64,000 nucleotides of DNA from Bacillales bacterium UBA1744. GTDB taxonomy: Bacteria > Bacillota_I > Bacilli_A > RFN20 > CAG-826. Under the pieces are notes generated by a model. It searched no databases and was not told the origin of the DNA. It saw only the letters and a program-made list of their open reading frames with translations. Below are positions 1-9,144 of this stretch, one piece after another. How positions within the stretch are numbered: position 1 is the first letter of the stretch; each line of letters starts with the position of its first letter. The stretch is taken from NCBI GenBank assembly GCA_002314915.1, contig DCHU01000082.1, positions 3,896-67,895 on the forward strand, read 5' to 3'. Made by a program: the position numbers and the translations under genes.

Positions 1-355
1 TTGTGCCTTCGATACCGACGATATCGCCTGTATCTGCGAGCTTAAAGATGGCATAGTTGTCGTCTCCAACAACGTTCTTGCCGATCCAAATCTGGATTGT
101 TCCGTATTCGTCTTTGACTGTGAAGAATGCGGCTTTACCCATGCTTCTGATGATCATGATACGGCCAGCGATGTTGCATGCAATTGGCTCTGCTGCTAAC
201 TCTTCTTCTGTCTTTTCGCCGTATTTAGCGCGTAAATCTCTGATTTGGTCTTTCCATTCATAGCGGCTGCCGAATGGGTCGACACCTAATTCTGCATATT
301 TGGCAAGCTTATCTCTTCTAGCCTGCTCTTGATCGTTTAATCTGACTTCTTCCAT
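1..355 (-). CDS. lysS: Lysyl-tRNA synthetase, N-terminal part (gene continues beyond the window start)
   Basis: Not in the ORF track. Reverse-complement from ATG at 355 reads MEEVRLNDQEQARRDKLAKYAELGVDPFGSRYEW...AGRIMIIRSMGKAAFFTVKDEYGTIQIWI, matching the class II LysRS N-terminus and OB anticodon-binding domain. Confidence 0.85.
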   Translation of the reverse strand, partial: MEEVRLNDQEQARRDKLAKYAELGVDPFGSRYEWKDQIRDLRAKYGEKTEEELAAEPIACNIAGRIMIIRSMGKAAFFTVKDEYGTIQIWIGKNVVGDDNYAIFKLADTGDIVGIEGT

Positions 356-451
356 AGTAATTACCTCGAGTCGCGTGGATATATTAATACAAAAGTGTAT
401 TAAGCACAAACAAACATTGTTGAACGGTAAAAAATATCGATGAAATCTAAA

Positions 452-475
452 GAAAAAGTAGGCCTTTTGACCTAC
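452..475 (-). terminator. Rho-independent terminator overlapping the glycosyltransferase stop codon
   Basis: Stem GTAGG (458-462) / CCTAC (471-475), followed by a U-run on the minus strand (plus-strand A-run 451-457). Confidence 0.45.
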
Positions 476-1662
476 TGTTTAGATTCCTCTTCTAGAACTG
501 TGTTCATGAAGTTTTCGTTGTTGTCGTAATGGAAATAAGAGGCAGTTTCTTTGAACATCTTTTCCATAGCGTCCATCGCCAAATCAAAATCGAATCTCTT
601 AGAGAATCCCAAATATTTCTTTGAGTTCTCGGCCTTCTCTTTTGGATGCTCAATCCAGTAATCGATCTTCTTGGCGAGATCTCTTGGATTCTTACATTTG
701 AAAAGGTTGTTTGGTTCAAGAGCAAAGTATCTGATGGCGGCTTGTTTTGAGTCGCTGAGAACCGGAGTTAATCCACAGGCAATGGCCTCTAAAGCGGATA
801 TCGCTTCAAGATCGATGACCGAGCTATGAACATACAAATCACTGTAGTTAATGATATTTATCATTTCCTCATGTGTATGGAATCCGATATTAACAGGATT
901 TGCTAAACCTTTGCACATCTCTCTAACTTGTTTTTCAAGTGGGCCGGTTCCACATAGGATTAGTTGAATCTTGTCGGCGTATTTTGACCTCTTGATGCCT
1001 TTTATGAGGGTTTTGTGGTCTTTTTCCGGTCCGAGTCTCGCGCTGTAGAGGATAACGATTTTTTCTTTGTATTCTTCTGGTCTATTCGCCTTCTGTTTAT
1101 GGAAGTCTGAACGGACTCCATTTGATATAACATAGCCGTTTGTTCTAACCCCAACTCTACCTTCGAAATCATCGCGGACGAATTGGGTTGGGTAGTGAAT
1201 TGCGTCCACTTTTGAGAATAATCTCAAATAGATTGCTTTATAAATCGCTTTATTAGCCAATTCAACATTTTGGAGTTTAACGTGGGATGTGAAGTTTTCT
1301 GCTTGGCTATGCAACGATGCGGTGACTGGTATTCCCATTTCATGGGCCATCTTAACCGCTGCTGCAGATGCAGAGCCGCAGAAGTTGCAATGCACAACAT
1401 CCGCTCCCTGTATGGCGTTTCTCAGGATGTCTTCATCTTTTTTAGCCAAGATGACTCCGTTATTGGTTACATAACTTTCGAATGGTCCGAAATGTATTCT
1501 TGGGAGTATGTAATAGCCTGGTTGGCCTTCTTTATCTTCGTCTGGGCAGACAATTCTCGCCGTGTGTCCTTTTGCCTCCATCGCTCGAATTACGTTCATG
1601 GTGGCAATTGTGGTGCCGTTGTTTTCCTTGCCAAGGACATCGCATATAAATGTAATAATCAT
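472..1662 (-). CDS. GT4-family glycosyltransferase (possible glycolipid or polymer synthase)
   Basis: The ORF has a GT-B / GT4-like layout (MIITFICDVLGKENNGTTIA..., C-terminal E-x7-E-like region EAISALEAIACG). Start moved to the ATG at 1662, which follows a GGAGG RBS. The track start at 1749 has no RBS. Confidence 0.7.
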   Translation of the reverse strand: MIITFICDVLGKENNGTTIATMNVIRAMEAKGHTARIVCPDEDKEGQPGYYILPRIHFGPFESYVTNNGVILAKKDEDILRNAIQGADVVHCNFCGSASAAAVKMAHEMGIPVTASLHSQAENFTSHVKLQNVELANKAIYKAIYLRLFSKVDAIHYPTQFVRDDFEGRVGVRTNGYVISNGVRSDFHKQKANRPEEYKEKIVILYSARLGPEKDHKTLIKGIKRSKYADKIQLILCGTGPLEKQVREMCKGLANPVNIGFHTHEEMINIINYSDLYVHSSVIDLEAISALEAIACGLTPVLSDSKQAAIRYFALEPNNLFKCKNPRDLAKKIDYWIEHPKEKAENSKKYLGFSKRFDFDLAMDAMEKMFKETASYFHYDNNENFMNTVLEEESKQ

Positions 1663-1724
1663 AATCAAGCCTCCTTGAGGTCCGATAAGTATAGCACCGC
1701 AAAAATAAAGCGGTTCTCTTTTTC

Positions 1725-1757
1725 GAAACAAAAACCAGCAATTGAACACTGCTGGTT
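1725..1757 (-). terminator. Rho-independent terminator after the ABC exporter pair
   Basis: Stem ACCAGCA (1734-1740) / TGCTGGT (1750-1756), 9-nt loop, U-run on the minus strand (plus-strand 1725-1733 AAACAAAAA). Confidence 0.6.
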
Positions 1758-1765
1758 TGATGTGC

Positions 1766-3673
1766 TTATTTCTTCATCGCGTTGCCGGTGTAGAGCTGAT
1801 AATACTTTCCACCCATTGCGATTAATTGGTCGTGAGAGCCTCTTTCGATAATTGATCCTTGGTCTAAGACCATGATGACATCTGAGTTCTTGACCGTTGA
1901 TAGTCTATGAGCTATAACGAAGACGGTTCTGCCTTTCATGATCGCGTCCATGCCCTTCTGCACCATCTCTTCCGTACGGGAGTCGATTGATGAGGTTGCT
2001 TCATCAAGAATCATCGCAGGAGGATTTGAGATTGCCGCTCTAGCGATAGCGATTAACTGTCTCTGTCCTTGTGATAAGTTGCCACCAGCTTTCTCAAGCA
2101 TCGTGTCATATCCATTTGGAAGATTTGAGATGAATGTGTGGGCGTTTGCAAGTTTTGCAGCCTCAATCACCTCTTCGTCTGTTGCGTCTAGTTTACCGAA
2201 TTTGATGTTATCTTTTACTGTTCCAGTAAATAATTCGGTATCCTGGAGAACCATGCCAAGTGATCTTCTGAGGTCAGCTTTCTTAATCTTGTTGATGTTG
2301 ATTTCATCATATCTGACCTTTCCATCCGCGATGTCATAGAAACGGTTGATGAGGTTTGTGATGGTTGTTTTACCTGCGCCTGTAGGTCCGACGAACGCGA
2401 CTTTCTGGCCAGGTTCTGCGTAGAGGGTGACGTTGTGGAGAACAATCTTCTCTGGGACATATCCGAAGTCAACATCATCGAATGTGACGCGACCTCTTAA
2501 CCAAGTGTATGTGACTTCTCCGGTTTCATGAGGATGTTTCCAAGCCCATTTGCCGGTTCTCTCACTGACTTCGACTGGGTTGCCGTTCTCATCTTCTTTA
2601 GCGTTAACTAAAGTTACGTATCCATCATCCACTTCAGATGGGGTATCGATCATCTCAAATATACGTGTAGCTCCTGCTACAGCCATGACAATGAGGTTAA
2701 TCTGCTGAGAAAGCACTCCAATTGGCTGCGTGAAGGACTTTGAGTACATCAAGAAGGAAACTACGGTACCGACAGAGAACATCGCCTCAAATGAGCCCAA
2801 ATTGTCTTTATAGACAAGAAGGACTGATGCGATGATGCCGAGGATGATGTATTGGAGGGTTCCTGCCTGGTTGATGACTGGCATCAAGACATTTGAGTAT
2901 CTGTTTGCTTTTGTAGACTCTTCGCAGAGTTTGTCATTCAAGACGTTGAATCCTGCGATAGCCTCTTCTTCGTGGTTGAAGACTTTGACGACCTTTTGGC
3001 CATTGATCATCTCTTCGACATAACCGTTGGTCTTTCCTAAGGAAATCTGCTGTTTGACGAAGTATTTACCAGAGCTCTTTGTGACTGCTTTAGTGAAGAA
3101 GAACATTGGGATTGTTAACAAAATAACAATTATTGCGAGCATCCAGTTGGTGATGAACATCATGACGCCAACAACGATGATGCTGAAGGTGGCGCTGACG
3201 AGCATTGGCCAAGCTCTAGACATAGCCTCGCGAAGTGTATCGACGTCGTTTGTGTAGACAGACATGATATCTCCACGTGTTCTTGTGTCGAAATAAGATA
3301 GAGGTAAGGTCTGCATGTGCTCAAAAAGCTCATCCCTGATCTTCTTTTGTGTTCCCTGTGCAACTTTGGACATGAGGAAGTTATAAAAGTAGATCGATAC
3401 GATACCGCAGAGATATATTCCCGCCATGATTCCGAGATACATAGCAAGTCTAGACAATATGTCTGGATCTGAGATGTTTGCGAGGATGTCATCGACGAAT
3501 ATCGTTCCGATGAACATGCTGTTCGCTGCATTTGAAATACAGGAAACTATGACGCAGAAAAGGGAGAGGAAGAATGGGACAGGGAAGTATTTGACTTCGT
3601 AACCGAGGATTCTCTTTATGGCTGATTTCATCTGTCCTTTGTCAGCCATGATTGGGCGTTTAGTTTGCGACAT
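1766..3673 (-). CDS. ABC exporter subunit (TMD-NBD half transporter, canonical NBD)
   Basis: Six-TM N-terminal domain. Walker A GPTGAGKTT, Walker B MILDEATS, signature variant LSQGQRQ. Start set to ATG 3673, 8 nt after a GGAGG. It overlaps the upstream partner by 14 nt. Confidence 0.9.
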   Translation of the reverse strand: MSQTKRPIMADKGQMKSAIKRILGYEVKYFPVPFFLSLFCVIVSCISNAANSMFIGTIFVDDILANISDPDILSRLAMYLGIMAGIYLCGIVSIYFYNFLMSKVAQGTQKKIRDELFEHMQTLPLSYFDTRTRGDIMSVYTNDVDTLREAMSRAWPMLVSATFSIIVVGVMMFITNWMLAIIVILLTIPMFFFTKAVTKSSGKYFVKQQISLGKTNGYVEEMINGQKVVKVFNHEEEAIAGFNVLNDKLCEESTKANRYSNVLMPVINQAGTLQYIILGIIASVLLVYKDNLGSFEAMFSVGTVVSFLMYSKSFTQPIGVLSQQINLIVMAVAGATRIFEMIDTPSEVDDGYVTLVNAKEDENGNPVEVSERTGKWAWKHPHETGEVTYTWLRGRVTFDDVDFGYVPEKIVLHNVTLYAEPGQKVAFVGPTGAGKTTITNLINRFYDIADGKVRYDEININKIKKADLRRSLGMVLQDTELFTGTVKDNIKFGKLDATDEEVIEAAKLANAHTFISNLPNGYDTMLEKAGGNLSQGQRQLIAIARAAISNPPAMILDEATSSIDSRTEEMVQKGMDAIMKGRTVFVIAHRLSTVKNSDVIMVLDQGSIIERGSHDQLIAMGGKYYQLYTGNAMKK

Positions 3674-5468
3674 CGAAATCACCTCCTCCCAATTGAGTAT
3701 CCACTAACTCTTTGTAGATTTGGCAGGAAGAATATAATTCTTCGCTTGTGCCTTTTGCGACTATTTCGCCTTCATCCATAACAAGGATGATGTCACAGTC
3801 TTTAACGGACAAAACGCGTTCTGCGACTATGAATTTGGTAACTTCTGGTTTTTCGTTTTTGAGATAACCGCGAATTGTTGCGTCTGTGTGGGTGTCAACT
3901 GCGCTAGTTGAGTCATCCAAGATGAGGATCTTTGGATTCTTGAGCAACGCTCTAGCGATGCAGAGTCTCTGTCTTTGACCGCCGGAGACGTTTGTGCCTC
4001 CTTCGTCGAGCATTGTGTCGTATTTGTCAGGGAATCTGTTGATGAACTCGGATGCGCAAGCCATATCGCAGGCTTTTGCAATCTCTTCGTCCGTTGCGTC
4101 TTTGTTGCCCCATAAGAGGTTTTCTTTGATGGTTCCTGTGAACAAGACGTTCTTCTGGAGGACCACCGCTACCGAGTCTCTTAAGGCTGTTAGGTCATAC
4201 TCTTTGACGTTATGGCCGCCGACCTTAACCTCGCCTTCTGAAGCGTCATAAAGTCTAGCGATTAAGTTGAGGAGCGATGTCTTTGATGAACCTGTTGAAC
4301 CAACGATTCCGACTGTTGATCCTGTAGGGATTGTGACGTTTATGTTCTTAAGGACATTGTGGTCTGGGTTTGAGAAGTAATGGAAGTTGACATTATCAAA
4401 GATAACCTCTCCATTTGGAATCTCTGTTATTGCGTTCTCAGGAGATACGATGTCTGGTTCTTCTTTTAGGACGGCAACAATACGTTCTGCTGAGTTTCTA
4501 GCGATAATGACCTGAACATAGACCATTGATAAAAGCATCAATGCGAACATGATCTGGAATACGTATGTAAGGAGTGAAGTTAAGTCGCCTGTTGTTAAGA
4601 ATGAGTCACCATATTTCTTGATGAGTGTTGCTCCTAAGAAACAGATGAGGATTGATGAGGTGTAGGAAAGAAGTTGGAGCAATGGGCTGTTAAATGCGAT
4701 CATCGCTTCGGCTTTAACGAATTTTTTATAAATAAAGAGTGAGACTTTGCTGAATTTTTCGTTCTGTTCTTTCTGTCTATCAAACGCCTTGACGACTCTG
4801 ATGCCAGCGACATCTTCCTGAATCTCCTGATTCAAGTGATCGTAAGTGTTGAAGATCTGAACGAATGTTGGGTGAACTCTATTCGCGATGAATAAAAGGA
4901 AGAATCCAACTACCGGAGTTAAGCAGAGGAACACGAGAGCGAGCTGCCAAGACTTGATGAATGCGATTGTCATGGCGAAAACCAAGAGCAAAGGCGCTCT
5001 TAATGAGGCTCTGATTGTCATCTGATATGCGAACTGGACGTTTGTAATGTCGGTTGTCATTCTGGTGACGATTGATGATGTAGAGAACTTATCAACGTTG
5101 TTGAATGAGTATTTCTGGATCTTCTCGTACATGGACTTTCTGATATTGTGTCCGATGCCGCATGCTGCATTTGCGGCAAACCATCCAGCGAGAATGCCTG
5201 TGATGATCGCGAGAACGGCGGTTAGAATCATTATTCCGCCTAGAATGAATACCCGGCTGAGATTGATTTCTGTTGATGGACCCCATATGACTATGCTTTC
5301 GCTGAAGAAGCACACCGCTTCTCCTTTGATGAGGTTAACAAGCCATCCGGTTAAGGTTGGGACGGCGATTTCACACATTGTTTCGATAACGCAGAAGAAC
5401 CATGTCAAAAGAATGTCCTTCTTGTATTTGCCGAGCTGTTTATTTAGTTCATTGATTGTTTTTAACAT
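3660..5468 (-). CDS. ABC exporter subunit (TMD-NBD half transporter, degenerate NBD)
   Basis: Walker A variant GSTGSSKTS, Walker B ILILDDSTS (catalytic Glu replaced by Asp), canonical signature VSGGQRQR. Start set to ATG 5468 after AGGAGG. The track start at 5477 is a GTG lying inside the RBS. Confidence 0.9.
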   Translation of the reverse strand: MLKTINELNKQLGKYKKDILLTWFFCVIETMCEIAVPTLTGWLVNLIKGEAVCFFSESIVIWGPSTEINLSRVFILGGIMILTAVLAIITGILAGWFAANAACGIGHNIRKSMYEKIQKYSFNNVDKFSTSSIVTRMTTDITNVQFAYQMTIRASLRAPLLLVFAMTIAFIKSWQLALVFLCLTPVVGFFLLFIANRVHPTFVQIFNTYDHLNQEIQEDVAGIRVVKAFDRQKEQNEKFSKVSLFIYKKFVKAEAMIAFNSPLLQLLSYTSSILICFLGATLIKKYGDSFLTTGDLTSLLTYVFQIMFALMLLSMVYVQVIIARNSAERIVAVLKEEPDIVSPENAITEIPNGEVIFDNVNFHYFSNPDHNVLKNINVTIPTGSTVGIVGSTGSSKTSLLNLIARLYDASEGEVKVGGHNVKEYDLTALRDSVAVVLQKNVLFTGTIKENLLWGNKDATDEEIAKACDMACASEFINRFPDKYDTMLDEGGTNVSGGQRQRLCIARALLKNPKILILDDSTSAVDTHTDATIRGYLKNEKPEVTKFIVAERVLSVKDCDIILVMDEGEIVAKGTSEELYSSCQIYKELVDTQLGGGDFDVAN

Positions 5469-5538
5469 AATAAACACCTCCTAATGCGCTAATACTTTAG
5501 TAGCATTAAAAAATTTGTGTAAGAACTATTTTAAATTT

Positions 5539-6513
5539 CTACAAATGAGAGCGGTTTTTTATGCCGTTGAATATCTTTTTCAAGTCATCTGTGGACTTGG
5601 TGTTCATCGATATTGCCGCTCTGATTTTCTTATAGCCGGGGAAGCCTTTAAAGAAATGGGGTGTGAGACCTCTTAACTGCATGACAGCATCATGCTCGCC
5701 AAGTTGCTCTATGAGCATATTCGAGAATGTCTCCGCCCACTCCACTTGATCTTCGAGGGTTGGTTCTGGTAACAACTCCTCGCCATTCATCGCTCTTTCG
5801 ATGTTGGTTATGAGTCTTGGATTGCCAAGGCCGCCTCTTGCGACCATGACAAATTGGGCTTTGGTTATTTCTAACGCTTTCATCGCATCTTCTACGGTGA
5901 AGATATCTCCGCTGATGCAAAGAGGAACTGGCAGCCTTTCTCCAAGACCTCTGATCTTTTCGTAATCGGCGGTGCCCATATAGAGCTGTCTAGATGTTCT
6001 AGCATGGATTGTGATGAGTTTTACGCCCGCTTTGACAAGGACATCGCAGATTTCCTCATAGTTGATTGAGTTCTCATCCCAGCCGAGTCTAATCTTTGCG
6101 GTTACGGGTTTTGTAGAACGCTCGCAGATGGCCTTCATGTACTCATAAAGACCCTTTGGGTCCTTGAGCCAGGCAGATCCTGCTCCGGTTTGGACGACCT
6201 TATGTACTGGACAGCCCAAATTTATGTCCAAAATGTCGTACTGAGCCTCTTTCTCGATTATATCGATAGCTTTTAGGGTCATTTCGATTTTGGAGCCGAA
6301 AAGCTGTAATCCGACCGGTCTATCGATGTCGCTTGTGGCGAAGTATCTCATCGTCTTCTCGTTGCCATATGCAAGTCCACAGTCAGAAATCATTTCACTA
6401 TAGGAAAGGGCAACGCCAAAAAGCTTACAGAAATCTCTATAAGCTAGTGTGGTCACCCCTGCCATTGGGCCGAGGATGACGTGTCCGTTTATTTCAATGT
6501 CGCCGATTTTCAT
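5539..6513 (-). CDS. dusB: tRNA-dihydrouridine synthase
   Basis: 324 aa. GPMAGVT..., LGCP, IHARTxxQ and the catalytic-Cys context typical of the Dus family. Confidence 0.9.
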   Translation of the reverse strand: MKIGDIEINGHVILGPMAGVTTLAYRDFCKLFGVALSYSEMISDCGLAYGNEKTMRYFATSDIDRPVGLQLFGSKIEMTLKAIDIIEKEAQYDILDINLGCPVHKVVQTGAGSAWLKDPKGLYEYMKAICERSTKPVTAKIRLGWDENSINYEEICDVLVKAGVKLITIHARTSRQLYMGTADYEKIRGLGERLPVPLCISGDIFTVEDAMKALEITKAQFVMVARGGLGNPRLITNIERAMNGEELLPEPTLEDQVEWAETFSNMLIEQLGEHDAVMQLRGLTPHFFKGFPGYKKIRAAISMNTKSTDDLKKIFNGIKNRSHL

Positions 6514-6519
6514 ATACTC

Positions 6520-6548
6520 AAAATAAAGAGGCCAAATTAATGGCCTCT
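6520..6548 (-). terminator. Rho-independent terminator after ftsH
   Basis: Stem AGAGGCC (6527-6533) / GGCCTCT (6542-6548), with a U-run on the minus strand. Confidence 0.6.
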
Positions 6549-6553
6549 AAATA

Positions 6554-8737
6554 TTATTCGTTTACTGGAGTTTCTTCCACAATTGGTTGTGGCTCATCGT
6601 CAGTTTTCTTTGTCTGAGCCTCTTCCTTTTCTGGAAGTTTTCCGGTCTTAACGAGAGATTCGATCTCTTCGGATGTGATTGTTTCCTGAGCTAAGAGAGT
6701 CTCTGCGATAAGGGTGACCTGTTCCTTGTGGGATGAGATGATGTCGAGCGCTTCTTTGTGGGCTTTCTCGATGATTTCTCTAACGGCCTTGTCGATTTCA
6801 TCCGCAACTGCTGCAGAGAAGTTCTTCTGGGTGTTAGCGTAGTCTCTTCCAAGGAAGACCGATCCTGTATCGTGCTCATACTGGATTGGTCCAAGGTCTG
6901 ACATACCCCATTCGGTGACCATCATACGAGCGATTCTTGTAGCCTTCTCGATATCGTTTGATGCACCTGATGAGATGTCGTCGAAGAACACTTCTTCTGA
7001 TGCGCGACCGCCGAGTAATCCGGTGATTTCTGCGAGGAGTTCCTTCTTTGTTAAGAGGAATCTGTCATCCTGTGGCATCATCTGGACGTGTCCGCCAGTC
7101 TTACCACGTGGAATGATTGTGATCTTCTGAACTTTCTCTGAGTATGGGAGAGTTAAACCGATGACTGCGTGGCCCGCTTCATGATAAGCGACCTGCTTTC
7201 TCTCGATTTCGTTCATGCCTTTGCCGTTCTTAGCAACGCCGGCGATACGTCTATCGATAGCCTCTTCGATTTCAGCCATGCCGACTTCATTCTTTTTGAA
7301 TCTGACAGCAAGAATTGCTGCTTCGTTTAAGATGTTGTCGATATCAGCACCGGAGAATCCGACCGTTCTCTTCGCGAGAACTGAGAAGTCGACTTCTGGG
7401 GAAATCTTCTTGTTTCTTGCGTGGACTTTGAAGATTGCTTCACGTCCTTTTGCGTCTGGTAAGTTAACTGTGATGATTCTATCGAATCTTCCAGGTCTCA
7501 TAAGAGCTGGGTCAAGAACATCGTCACGGTTTGTTGCTGCCATGACAAGGATACCCGCATTATATGCGAAGCCATCCATCTCAACTAACAACTGGTTGAG
7601 TGTCTGCTCACGCTCATCGTTGCCGCCACCAAGGCCTGCGCCTCTCTGACGTCCAACAGCATCGATTTCATCGATAAAGACGATACATGGAGCGGTTGCT
7701 TTAGCTTTTTTGAATAAATCTCTAACACGTCCTGCACCGACACCGACGAACATTTCGACGAAATCAGAACCTGAGATGCTATAGAATGGAACTCCAGCTT
7801 CACCAGCTGTAGCTTTAGCTAAAAGTGTTTTACCTGTACCAGGTGAGCCGACGAGAAGAACGCCTTTAGGGAGTCTTGCGCCGAATGCGGAGTACTTCTT
7901 TGGCTCTTTGAGATATTCGACCATCTCGACCATTTCAGCCTTTTCTTCATCGCAGCCTGCGACATCGTCGAATCTGACTTTTGATGTCTCTTTTCTAGCT
8001 GGTGACTTGTTGAAGTCCATAGCCTGACGGTTTGCGCCGCCTGCCGCACCTGCAAGTCTTGAGAAGAGGAATGCGCCGAATCCGATCAAGAGAACGAGTT
8101 CAATGATCGTTGGTCCCCAAGTTTCCCACCAAGACACTTCGTAAGCGTCTTCAACTGAGATTGTGCCTTTTGTCAACGTCTTGAGCGCGTTTGCTGAGAC
8201 AAGAGATTCAAAATATTTTGAATCAATCTTATCATTCCACTCGTTGACCTTGTTTGTGAGGATTGTTGCGTAGGATTCGTGGTTAGCTTTGTATGCTGTT
8301 CCGCCATCATAGACCGTTATGGTTTCTTCGTTATCAAATCTGTCGTTTGAGATGTAAACGGTTGTTGTGGTCTTGTTGACAGGGGCGCCGCTCAAATCAA
8401 TCTGGTAGACGGTCATCTTGACCACTACTGCCTGATAGCTCTTTGATTCTGACCAAGACTGAACGTAGTAGGTCTTTTTGGCATTTTCCGCTGTGATGCT
8501 TGAGTAGTCGGTGTTGATTTCCATTACCGCCACATCACCTTCTTTAACGACGTTTCCGTCTGCGTCTTTCTTGAGTTCATATCTCAAATATGTGTCTAAA
8601 TCACCTTCATTCCAGGTTGTTGATTTAGTAACCGCCGAGGAAATGAAGTAGAAAATGAAGGCGATTGCGATTGCGCCTATGATCAAATATGGGATAAGGG
8701 TTAATAACGGACTACGCTTCTTTGGTTGTTCATCCAT
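6554..8737 (-). CDS. ftsH: ATP-dependent zinc metalloprotease FtsH
   Basis: 727 aa. AAA+ Walker A GSPGTGKT, Walker B FIDEID, SRH region, zinc motif HEAGHA. Two TM segments flank an unusually long external domain. Confidence 0.95.
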   Translation of the reverse strand: MDEQPKKRSPLLTLIPYLIIGAIAIAFIFYFISSAVTKSTTWNEGDLDTYLRYELKKDADGNVVKEGDVAVMEINTDYSSITAENAKKTYYVQSWSESKSYQAVVVKMTVYQIDLSGAPVNKTTTTVYISNDRFDNEETITVYDGGTAYKANHESYATILTNKVNEWNDKIDSKYFESLVSANALKTLTKGTISVEDAYEVSWWETWGPTIIELVLLIGFGAFLFSRLAGAAGGANRQAMDFNKSPARKETSKVRFDDVAGCDEEKAEMVEMVEYLKEPKKYSAFGARLPKGVLLVGSPGTGKTLLAKATAGEAGVPFYSISGSDFVEMFVGVGAGRVRDLFKKAKATAPCIVFIDEIDAVGRQRGAGLGGGNDEREQTLNQLLVEMDGFAYNAGILVMAATNRDDVLDPALMRPGRFDRIITVNLPDAKGREAIFKVHARNKKISPEVDFSVLAKRTVGFSGADIDNILNEAAILAVRFKKNEVGMAEIEEAIDRRIAGVAKNGKGMNEIERKQVAYHEAGHAVIGLTLPYSEKVQKITIIPRGKTGGHVQMMPQDDRFLLTKKELLAEITGLLGGRASEEVFFDDISSGASNDIEKATRIARMMVTEWGMSDLGPIQYEHDTGSVFLGRDYANTQKNFSAAVADEIDKAVREIIEKAHKEALDIISSHKEQVTLIAETLLAQETITSEEIESLVKTGKLPEKEEAQTKKTDDEPQPIVEETPVNE

Positions 8738-8850
8738 GGTTGTACCTCCTTATGAATTGGTTAATTGCTTTTGAGCAATACGCACTTTAACAAATTTTAA
8801 GCGATTATCAATAAAAACACTTAGTAGAGTCACTCTATTTTGAGTAGAGA

Positions 8851-9126
8851 TTACTCAGAAACCGCGACTCTATCGATGGTTTCATCGCTGATTATCTCGT
8901 ACATTCCCTGTGCGTCTTCTTTCTTGGCGAATGTGCGAATTTCTAGGACTTTGACGGTTAATTTGTGTCTTCCGATGAGAACCACAAGGGTATCTCCGGG
9001 ATTGACTTCGGTCATTGGTTTAGCAACCTTGCCGTTGATGAACACGTCTTTGTCATCGCAGAGGTCTTTTGCGGTCTCTCTGCGTTTGATGATTCTTGAT
9101 ACTTTCAAATACTTATCGATTCTCAT
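8851..9126 (-). CDS. rqcP: S4-domain ribosome-quality-control factor (YabO/RqcP, Hsp15-like)
   Basis: 91 aa. MRIDKYLKVSRIIKRRETAKDL...NGKVAKP...PGD closely resembles B. subtilis YabO. It sits downstream of mfd, as in Bacillus. Confidence 0.8.
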   Translation of the reverse strand: MRIDKYLKVSRIIKRRETAKDLCDDKDVFINGKVAKPMTEVNPGDTLVVLIGRHKLTVKVLEIRTFAKKEDAQGMYEIISDETIDRVAVSE

Positions 9127-9144
9127 AACTATGATTTTATCATT

